Assembly: GCA_963771465.1 (NCBI GenBank)
Contig: CAVYTU010000015.1
Coordinates: 1,088,001 to 1,152,000 of the forward strand
Source of the DNA: an uncultured delta proteobacterium
GTDB lineage: Bacteria > Desulfobacterota > Binatia > UBA9968
Length of the DNA: 64,000 nucleotides
Direction of reading: 5' to 3'
Of this stretch, positions 19,388-28,300 are shown in pieces. The translations under genes and the position numbers were made by a program. Positions within the stretch are counted from its first letter, which is position 1. Each line of letters begins with the position of its first letter. Below the pieces are notes generated by a model that saw nothing but the letters and a program-made list of their open reading frames with translations, did no database searches and was not told where the DNA came from.

Positions 19388-21378
19388 CACTCTTCGAGCT
19401 TGGCGCGTTCTGGAGCAAGCCGTTTCAGGGCTTCTTCCTCCGACATCGCCTCCACTTCGCGGAGCACTATTTGCGCTAGCTCATTATCGCTCGCCCGCTT
19501 CGATTGGTGCTGTGAGATAATGGCCGCCATCTCTGCAACGGTCGGAGCCTCGAAGAGCGCTTTGACGGGTAGTTCCAGTTTGAATGTTTGAATAACCCGA
19601 GAAATCACCCGAGATGCTGCTAGCGAGTGGCCACCGAGATCGAAGAAATTGTCATGAATGCCTACTTGATCCACTGACAACACTTTCGACCAGATCGAAG
19701 TCAGTTGGTCTTCCGTTGTCGTGGCCGGTGGTGCGTAAAGACTGCTTAAGTTAGGGCGTGCGTTTCCGGGATCAGGTAGCGCCCGGCGATCAACTTTACC
19801 GTTGGGTGTCAGGGGAAGGAAATCCAAGAACACGAAGACGGAAGGAATCATGTAGTCAGGAAACACTTCTCTTAAGTGATGACGCAATTCCCTTACCCGG
19901 AGAATTTCAAACTGGATGGGAGCGAGGTAGGCGATGAGACGGTCGTCTCCATTTTCTCCTTTTGCAATCTTAACGACACTCTGTCTGACGGCTGGGTGAT
20001 TACTGAGCTGCGCTTCTATTTCCTGCAACTCAATGCGGATACCGCGTATTTTGACCTGAGAATCTTTTCGTCCGACGTATTCAAGACAGCCGTCCGGACG
20101 CATACGACCCAGATCTCCGGTAACGTAAATGCGCTCGTTTCCTCCTGTTGGATCGGGAAAGAATACAGCCCGTGTTAAGTCCGGGCGCCTCCAGTAGCCC
20201 GGCGAAAGATACCGACTCTTCACGCATATCTTACCAATTTGGTTATGGTCAACTTTGTTACCACTCTCGTCAACTAAGAACACCTCAGTGCCCGCTATCC
20301 CATAACCCACGGGCATAAACGTACCGCAAAGCTGCGTTTGCTCATCCAGAAAATACCATCGAATGTTACCCGTTTCGGTTGTGCCTAATCGATTCAGTAG
20401 TTTACACCCAGGGGTAAAATATCTCTTATACGAATCGACATCTTGTGATGAGACAGACTCGCTCCCCAGTACGATAGAACGAAGATTGGGAAATCGCTCA
20501 TTATCAGCCAAAGAGTTTACAAACATGCGAAAAAGCGACGGCACCCAGTGAAAAATTGTAATGTCTTCGTCTTGCAGCCAGCGAGTCATATTGGGCAACC
20601 CTGTTTCTCGACTCGAGAATGGATATAGCCCGGCCCCATTTAGCAGCGCGCCGAATATGTCTAATCGAGACGCGCTGAAACCATGAGAATGTAGAAATGT
20701 GAATCGATCCTCTGGGGAGATATGGAGCCCATTGGTATAGGTCATAACCTGATGGAGTATATTACGGTGATTTTGGGTCACACCTTTCGGGTTCCCGGTT
20801 GAACCTGATGTGTAAAATACGTATCCGAGCGTATCTGCGGAAATTACCAACTCGGGATTTTGATCCATCACACTTGAGTCCAGAGCATCAATATCAACGA
20901 CGCGCGACGGCGCATGGGCAATGGCATTCGCCACGGGGAGATTGATTTTGTTGGTTAAAATAAGATCAGGTTGTACGTCTTCGATGATAGCTGTTAACCG
21001 GAAACTCGGATACGTCGGATCCAATGGGAGATAGAACTTACCCGCCTTAAGCACTCCAAGTATCGCTACGATCGCCGAGATTCCTTGCTCCACGATAAAG
21101 GCAATCGGTTCTTCGCCTTCTCCCCGCTCCGCCAGAATTGCGCAGGCCACACGATTGGCGGCCTGATTCAGGGCTCTATATGTAAGTGACCGGTTCCCCG
21201 CCTTGACCGCAATCCGTTCCGGATACATCCCAGCAATCTTCTCGAACCGCGCCGGGATCGATGTCTCGACGTCTTCCATCGGAAACTCGACGAACGTCCC
21301 GGACGGATGAAAACACTTGTCCTTAATCGCCTGCTGCTCGGGAGGAAGTTGGACACCACGTTTCGGAGAATCATTCAT
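19387..21378 (-). CDS. Stand-alone non-canonical A-T didomain
   Basis: YTSGSTGNPKG, A4 GFSAS (no Asp), GTTET, YVTGD, TPNGKVDR, GGHSL. ATGAATGA overlap places the start at 21378. Confidence 0.92.
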   Translation of the reverse strand: MNDSPKRGVQLPPEQQAIKDKCFHPSGTFVEFPMEDVETSIPARFEKIAGMYPERIAVKAGNRSLTYRALNQAANRVACAILAERGEGEEPIAFIVEQGISAIVAILGVLKAGKFYLPLDPTYPSFRLTAIIEDVQPDLILTNKINLPVANAIAHAPSRVVDIDALDSSVMDQNPELVISADTLGYVFYTSGSTGNPKGVTQNHRNILHQVMTYTNGLHISPEDRFTFLHSHGFSASRLDIFGALLNGAGLYPFSSRETGLPNMTRWLQDEDITIFHWVPSLFRMFVNSLADNERFPNLRSIVLGSESVSSQDVDSYKRYFTPGCKLLNRLGTTETGNIRWYFLDEQTQLCGTFMPVGYGIAGTEVFLVDESGNKVDHNQIGKICVKSRYLSPGYWRRPDLTRAVFFPDPTGGNERIYVTGDLGRMRPDGCLEYVGRKDSQVKIRGIRIELQEIEAQLSNHPAVRQSVVKIAKGENGDDRLIAYLAPIQFEILRVRELRHHLREVFPDYMIPSVFVFLDFLPLTPNGKVDRRALPDPGNARPNLSSLYAPPATTTEDQLTSIWSKVLSVDQVGIHDNFFDLGGHSLAASRVISRVIQTFKLELPVKALFEAPTVAEMAAIISQHQSKRASDNELAQIVLREVEAMSEEEALKRLAPERAKLEE

Positions 21379-23371
21379 GCCCATTCTCCTTGGGGCTTCT
21401 TGCGCTTTCTTCAGCAAGCCACGCCTGCACTTCTGCTTCCGTGATGGATTCCGCTTCGCACAGCAATTGCGCTAAGCCGTCGTTGGTACGCTTCGTTTGG
21501 TTGCGCGTGATAATAGCCGCCATCTCTGCCACGGTCGGAGTCTCGAAGAGGGCTTTGACAGGCAGTTCCAGGTTGAACGTTTGAATAACCCGAGAGATCA
21601 CCCGCGAAGCTGCCAGTGAATGACCGCCTAGATCGAAGAAATTGTCATGGACACCGATGGGACATATTTCCAAGACTTCTTGCCAGATCCCAACGAGTTG
21701 TAGTTCGGTTGCCGAGGTCGGCTCCATGTAGCCAACCTCCAGATTGGGACGAAGGGTCGCCGGGCTCGGCAGTCGCCGGCGATCAACTTTTCCATTGGGT
21801 GTCAGGGGAATTACGTCAAGTTGAACAAACCCAGAGGGAATCATATGGTCTGGCAATCTGTCCTTTAGAAACCATCGTAAAGTTTCAACCGTAGGCCCCG
21901 GTAACAGAGCCGACACAAAGTAGCTGACGAGTTTTTCACAACCGGCTTTATCGGTGGTGCCTATGACAACGGCATCCTTTACGCCGGAATGGCTTAACAA
22001 CGTACGTTCGATCAGTTCAGGTTCAATGCGATAGCCGCGGATTTTTAGCTGAAAGTCTTTTCGGCCTAACAAGATCAATCCACACTCCGGTGTCATGCGA
22101 CCCAGATCACCGGTTAGATAGAGTCGCTCGCTGCCGCCATTCGGATCAGAACGAAATCTTTCTTTGCTAAGCTCAGGTTGATTCCAGTAACCCTGAGCCA
22201 GAAAGCGAGTCTTAAGCGCAATCTCGCCAGTCTCGCCGACCGCAACCTCTTGACCGCTTTCGTCCAACAGCAGCAGCTGTTTGCCTTCAGGCGCCCAGCC
22301 CAGAGGTATCGGACCCACGCCCATCGCTGTTGTTTGATCCATCAGTCGCCAACTAATGGTTTGCGTCTCCGTGGCACCTATTCGATGCAAAAAAATACTG
22401 TCGCGAGAAAAATATTTTCGGTAATTCTCCACGTCGTTTTGGTTCACTGGAGCGCCCGACAGGTGGACTAAGCGCACCGACGGAAATTGAAAATCGTCCG
22501 ACAGAGGTTCGATCATCCGACGAAACACCGTCGGAATGGAATGCCAGACGGTGATCTCCTCTCGCCCTAGCCAGTTGGCTAACCCAAACGATCCGTACCC
22601 GGCCACGTCAAAAGGAAATAACGTAGCGCCAGTCAGCAATGACCCGAAAAGGTGAAGCTCGGCCGCCCGAAAGCTCAAAGAGTGAAGTAACGTGAGCCGA
22701 TCGTATCGACTCAAATGAATCTGGTTAACGAAACAGCGAATTTCGTGGAGAACGTTTACTTGATTTTCAGCAACTCCCTTAAAGTTGCCAGTCGATCCTG
22801 AAGTATGCAGGACATAGGCGAGACTGTCAGCCGTAATGGTTATCCCCGGATTTTCATCGAACTCTGACCTTTCGCCGTCCCCCATGACTAGCACTTGGCA
22901 GTCTTGTCCAAACAGCCCGACAAGACTTTGGATGTTTGCTCGGTCCGTGACGATGACTTCCGTGCCGCAATCCTGAATCACAAACTCATTTCTTGCTTTT
23001 GGATAGGCTGTGTCTAAAGGTAAGAAGAACTTGCCGGCTTTGAGGATCCCAAGAAGTGCGATAATCATTGCCGCCTGATCCAGCAAATAAATCCCTATAG
23101 GCTCTGGACGGTTGCCGCGTTGGGCCAGAAGTAGGTGAGCGACCTGATTGGCAGCTTTGTTCAGCTCGTCGTAGGTCAGCGATCGATGTATCGTCTTCAC
23201 TGCTAATCGATCCGGGTAACTCCGCACGATCCTTTCAAACCGTGCCGGGATCGATGTTTCGACATCTTCGATGGGAAACTCGACGAACGTCCCTGACGGA
23301 TGAAAACATTTTTCCCGAATCACCTTCTGCTGCAGTGGAGGTGTGAAGGCATTTTTTAGAGAATCACTCAT
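21371..23371 (-). CDS. Stand-alone non-canonical A-T didomain
   Basis: HTSGSTGNFKG, A4 SFRAA (Arg in place of Asp), GATET, YLTGD, TPNGKVDR, GGHSL. Confidence 0.92.
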   Translation of the reverse strand: MSDSLKNAFTPPLQQKVIREKCFHPSGTFVEFPIEDVETSIPARFERIVRSYPDRLAVKTIHRSLTYDELNKAANQVAHLLLAQRGNRPEPIGIYLLDQAAMIIALLGILKAGKFFLPLDTAYPKARNEFVIQDCGTEVIVTDRANIQSLVGLFGQDCQVLVMGDGERSEFDENPGITITADSLAYVLHTSGSTGNFKGVAENQVNVLHEIRCFVNQIHLSRYDRLTLLHSLSFRAAELHLFGSLLTGATLFPFDVAGYGSFGLANWLGREEITVWHSIPTVFRRMIEPLSDDFQFPSVRLVHLSGAPVNQNDVENYRKYFSRDSIFLHRIGATETQTISWRLMDQTTAMGVGPIPLGWAPEGKQLLLLDESGQEVAVGETGEIALKTRFLAQGYWNQPELSKERFRSDPNGGSERLYLTGDLGRMTPECGLILLGRKDFQLKIRGYRIEPELIERTLLSHSGVKDAVVIGTTDKAGCEKLVSYFVSALLPGPTVETLRWFLKDRLPDHMIPSGFVQLDVIPLTPNGKVDRRRLPSPATLRPNLEVGYMEPTSATELQLVGIWQEVLEICPIGVHDNFFDLGGHSLAASRVISRVIQTFNLELPVKALFETPTVAEMAAIITRNQTKRTNDGLAQLLCEAESITEAEVQAWLAEESARSPKENGHE

Positions 23372-23372
23372 G

Positions 23373-25364
23373 TTATTTATTGCTCATGCTTTTCGGACTT
23401 CCTGCAGGAAGCTGTTTCTGCGCTTCTAGCTCCGTCATAGCCTCCAACTCGCGCAGGATCTGCGCGAGCTCTTCGTCGCTCGCAGGCCTCGCTTGATTCT
23501 GCTTGATGATGGCCGCCATCCCGGCTACGGTCGGCGAATCGAAGAGTGCCCTCAAAGGCAGATCAAGCTGGAATGCTTTAATGACCCGGGAAATGACACT
23601 CGATGCCACCAACGAATGGCCACCGAGTTCGAAGAAGTTGTCGTGGATACCAACCTTTTCCAGTGATAACGCCTGAGCCCAAATTTGCACCAGCTGTCGC
23701 TCAGCGTCACTGCGCGGTGCAACGTACCCCACATCCAATTCCGGCCGAACTCTTGCAACATCGGGCAACCCGGCACGATCAATCTTTCCGTTCGGGGTTA
23801 GCGGGAACTCATCCAACCTGACAAACGCCGAGGGAACCATGTAATCGGGGAGTAATCTGCTCAAAAATTCCCGCAGCTCGCTTGTGGTCGGAGCTCGCTG
23901 TGCTGCTGAGATGATATACCCGATCAGTCGAGTCTCCGACGATCCATTGTCCCGTCCAACCACCACAGCGTCTCGGATTGCTGCATGGCGACGCAGAGTA
24001 TTTTCAACCTCCCCTATCTCGACGGCGTAACCGCGGATCTTGACGCGAAAATCATTGCGCCCCTTATGGACTAGACAACCGTCAGCGAGCATCAGCCCGA
24101 AATCGCCAGTATAGTACAACCGCTCATCGGACCCCTGTGGATCGGCTTTGAATTTTGCTTCGGTAAGGTCGGGCCGACGCCAATACCCGGGCGAGAGGTA
24201 CCGGCTGCGCACTACGATTTCGCCGACTTCGTTGACCCCAACCGCTTTGCCCTTGTCGTCAAGTAACAGAATGGTTTTCCCCTCAACTGCGTAACCTACC
24301 GGCAGTTCGTTTCCGGGAAACGGTACGTCTGCATCGATGAACAATGCGCAAAGCGGGCCCGTTTCAGTGGATGACAGTCCGTTGACCAGAGTACAGCTCC
24401 GCGAAAATTGCTTGCGAAATAATTCTACGTCACTCGTGTAGGCAGGTTCGCTTCTTAACCGCAGGAAACGAAGGTCGGGAAAGGCCCACGTATCGTCGAG
24501 ATTTTGGCACAGGCTTCGGAAGAGCGTCGAGCTAATTAGACAAACTGATATTTTTTCTTCTACCAGCCAGTAGGCGAGGCGTCGTACTCCTTGTTTATTC
24601 ACGTCGAAAGGACAAAGGGTCGCGCCGGTAAGCAGTGAATTGAAAATATTGGTGATCGCATTTGAAGTATTAGCTGGTAATAGCGCCATTCGATCGTGCT
24701 CACCAACACCGTTTTCGCATGTGTGTAAGCGAACGCGGTGCTGTAAGTTGCGGTGCGTTTGAATCACTGCTTTGGGCCGACCTGTGGATCCAGACGTGTA
24801 AACCAAATATGCGTATTCACTGGGCGGTATCGCCAGGCAAAGGTTTTGAGCGTTATGCTCATTGGCGATCGAATCGAACGCAACGCACTGGGGGGTAACG
24901 CTCCATCGTGGCTGCGTCGCCACGCCTTCGGTTTTATCGGAAATCACCAACCGCGCTCCGGAATCCTCTAATATTGTATTGATTCGCGATTGTGGAAATG
25001 AGGGATCTAACAAGACAAAGAACCCGCCAGCCTTTAGGACCCCGAGCAGGGCCGCGGTTTGTTCAATGCCTTTTTCTAGGAAAATTCCAACAGGCACCGC
25101 CTCCGCTAATCGCTTGGATTGGACGGAGTGGGCAACTCGATTGGCCAAGTCATTGAGCTCTGCGTAAGTAATCGAACGATCATCGGCCTTGACCGCAACT
25201 CGATTGGGATAAAGCTGTACGACCTTCTCAAACCGCTCCGGAATTGATTGCTCAACTTCGTCGATCGGAATGCCAACGCACCGATCCGCAAGATGGCAAA
25301 GGTCATCCCCGCGTTCTTGCTTTTCCGGCAGCAGTCCGACGTTCTGTTTTAGAGAATCACTCAT
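23373..25364 (-). CDS. Stand-alone non-canonical A-T didomain
   Basis: YTSGSTGRPKA, A4 region ANTSNAI, SSTET, YYTGD, TPNGKIDR, GGHSL. ATGAGTGA overlap with a GAGGA RBS places the start at 25364. Confidence 0.92.
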   Translation of the reverse strand: MSDSLKQNVGLLPEKQERGDDLCHLADRCVGIPIDEVEQSIPERFEKVVQLYPNRVAVKADDRSITYAELNDLANRVAHSVQSKRLAEAVPVGIFLEKGIEQTAALLGVLKAGGFFVLLDPSFPQSRINTILEDSGARLVISDKTEGVATQPRWSVTPQCVAFDSIANEHNAQNLCLAIPPSEYAYLVYTSGSTGRPKAVIQTHRNLQHRVRLHTCENGVGEHDRMALLPANTSNAITNIFNSLLTGATLCPFDVNKQGVRRLAYWLVEEKISVCLISSTLFRSLCQNLDDTWAFPDLRFLRLRSEPAYTSDVELFRKQFSRSCTLVNGLSSTETGPLCALFIDADVPFPGNELPVGYAVEGKTILLLDDKGKAVGVNEVGEIVVRSRYLSPGYWRRPDLTEAKFKADPQGSDERLYYTGDFGLMLADGCLVHKGRNDFRVKIRGYAVEIGEVENTLRRHAAIRDAVVVGRDNGSSETRLIGYIISAAQRAPTTSELREFLSRLLPDYMVPSAFVRLDEFPLTPNGKIDRAGLPDVARVRPELDVGYVAPRSDAERQLVQIWAQALSLEKVGIHDNFFELGGHSLVASSVISRVIKAFQLDLPLRALFDSPTVAGMAAIIKQNQARPASDEELAQILRELEAMTELEAQKQLPAGSPKSMSNK

Positions 25365-28300
25365 GGCGATCCTCGCCTGCAGGTCGCGCGCGTTCTCCAG
25401 CAAGCCGCGTATGCACTTCTGCTTCCGTCATCAATTCCGCCTCGCCCAGCAGGTGCGCTAACTCGGCCTCGCTTACCTGCTTCCATTGGGTCTGCGTGAT
25501 GATAACGGCCATCTCGGCTACCGTCGGCGATTCGAACATGTGACGTAGCGGCAGGTCATCAATGGAAAAAGCACTGCGTATTCGCGACATGATTTGGGTA
25601 GCAAGTAACGAATGTCCTCCCAGATCGAAGAAGTTGTCGTAGATGCCGACCTTGTCGAGATTGAGCACTTTGCCCCATATAGCGACGAGCGTTTCCTCGA
25701 TCGGTGTGCGCGCTGGCTGGTAAACATTCGCCAATTGTAGTCCGTTTTGATCTGGCGCCGGTAGCGCTCGGCGGTCTACTTTGCCGCTCGGTGTCAATGG
25801 AAATTCATCCAACGGCACCAGAGCGGCGGGAATCATGTACTCAGGTAGTTTGTGCTTGAGATACTGTCTCACTTCAGAAGCGTCGAAGGACTCTTTCGCA
25901 CGCGCTACCACATAACCCACGAGCCGCTTGTCTCCGGGCGCATCTTCTCGCACCACCACCACCGAACTCTGAACCATTGGGTGTTGACCGAGCACGGCCT
26001 CGATTTCCCCAAGCTCGATACGGTAGCCGCGCACCTTGACCTGGTTATCCACGCGACCAATGAACTCGATGTTGCCATCCGGCAAGTAACGAGCGAGATC
26101 ACCGGTCTTGTACAAACGCCGGGCCGGTTCTCCGTTGAAGGAATGATAGATGAACTTCTCGGCCGTCACCTCCGGCCGGTTCAGATATCCTCGAGCCACT
26201 CCGTCACCGCCAACGTAGATCTCTCCGACGACACCAATAGGCACTGGATTGCGGTGAGCATCAAGTATGAATATCTGCGTATGCGCAATAGGTCGGCCAA
26301 TGGTTTGCGGGCCATCAACGGTCCGGCAGGTCCATGTCGAATAAGTTGTGCATTCGCTGGGCCCGTAAAGATCGTGGACTTTGCGCACCGACGTCGACTC
26401 ATAAATTCGCCGCACCAACTCGGGTCGTAATAGTTCTCCGGCAAGATTGATCACGCGTACCGTCGAAGGTATCGCTTCCAGTCTGAGCAGCTCATTTATC
26501 GCCGATGGCACGGTGTTTAACAGACTCACCTTCGATTTATTTCGGATTGTCGTTAAAGCAAGAGCATTCTCCGCCATAATGATCGTCCCACCGCAGGTCA
26601 ACGGAGCAAAAATCTCGAAGATGGATAGGTCGAAACAGATCGACGTAGAGGCCAGAACCCCGGACAGCTCTTCTTGAGTAAAGGCGGAGCGTACCCAGGA
26701 CAAAAACGCCACCGTGTTGCGGTGTCCAATGGCAACTCCCTTGGGTTGACCCGTCGATCCGGAGGTGTAAATCACATAAGCAAGATTGTCTGGCGTGATA
26801 GAACTTCCAGGATTGGCGTCGCTTTCTTTGGCGATCAACTGCCAAGCGCTGTCCAGGCATACCCGGCGCAAGTGTGGAACTAGAATAGATCGACGAGCGG
26901 TATCGTCTAGGCTCACCTCTCGATCTTCAAATGATTTTCCTCGCGTTAGCAGAAGCGCTGCCTGCGCATCGGCCAGCATGAACTCCAGACGCTCCGCGGG
27001 ATAGCTTAGATCGAGCGGTACATAAGCTCCGCCGGCTTTGAGTACACCCAATACCGCGACGATCATTTCTATCGACCGGTCAATGCAGATACCGACCAGC
27101 ACTTCGGGACCAACATTCCGTTTACGTAAGTAATGAGCGAGTTGGTTGGCGCGTCTATTCAGTTCGCGATAGGTTATCCGCTGATTTTCAAAAATCACGG
27201 CTAAGGCGTCCGGAGCACGCACCACCTGTTCTTCAAAGACTTCGTGGATGCATTTGTCCTTGGAATCCGCTCGCTTTGTGTCATTCCATTCGACTAGCAG
27301 TTGGTCGCGTTCTGGGTCGGTGAGGATGGAGAGGTCAGCGATAGGGCACTGGGGGTTTTCAACGATGCTTTTCAGAAGGGTTTGAAAATGGCCGGCCATC
27401 CGTTCGATCGTGGACGCATCGAACATGTCCGTACTATAAGCGATAAAGCCATGCAGACCGTTTTCTCTTTCCTCGAGGAACAATTCGATATCGAACCTCG
27501 TCGTGCCCGAATCGAGCTCCAGCTCCTGCACTTCCAAACCGATCAACGCAAGCGGACATGCACTTGAGTTTCTCAGCGTAAACGACACTTGGAACAGCGG
27601 GTTCTGGTTTATGTCGCGGCTGATCTGGAGCTCTTGGACCAATCTTTCAAAGGGCAAATCTTGGTGCGCATACGCCTCTAAGCATCGCTGCCGAACTCGC
27701 GCGAGCAGATCGGCAAACTTTGGATTGCCGGACAGATCGGAACGGAGGGTTAGCAAATTCAGAAAAAATCCGATCGTATGATCCAAGGCGCCATCTTGGC
27801 GAACGGCCATGGGAACACCGATACAAAAATCGTCTTGACCGCTGTAACGGGATAGTAGCGTTTGATAGGCCGCGAGCAACGCCATGAATAGCGTGACGTC
27901 GGCATCTCGGCTGATCTCTTTCAACGATTGGGTTACTGTTGGCGCAAGCGTGAACCATTGCCGTGCTCCTTTACCGTCACGCACTCGGAGGCGCGGGCGG
28001 TCCATCGGCAACCGTAGGTCCGCAATGCCGGCCAGCCGACCGCGCCAATACGCAAGCTGGAAATTGAGAGTTTCCGTCTGTAGCGAATGGCGCTGCCAGA
28101 CCGCAAAATCGGCATACTGAATCGGCACGGATTCAAACTGGAGAGGCTGCTTGTTCACCAGCAACTCGTAAGCGATGGCTAGTTCGCGGCCTAGAATATC
28201 CATCGACCAGCCGTCAAAAATTAGATGATGGACCACGAGGATAAGCACAGATCGTTCGCTACTAAATCTAACCAATTTCACCCGCAACAAGGGGCCCTGG

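Larger units (their letters stand above)
14100..26230. repeat. Long near-identical direct repeat (about 14100-14900 vs about 25440-26230; shorter third copy about 1270-1800) covering the A-domain C-terminal subdomain, T domain and docking tail
   Basis: Shared DNA e.g. acattcgccaattgtagtccgttttgatc and shared peptide LPAPDQNGLQLANVYQP...LPLRHMFESPTVAEMA. Confidence 0.85.

Noticed and set aside
10056-25403. Longer upstream starts in the ORF track for A-T genes (10094, 12072, 21417, 25403)
   Set aside because: They extend into the previous gene's tail; the downstream ATGs align with the shared M(N/S)D start and, at three junctions, with an RBS and coupling overlap.
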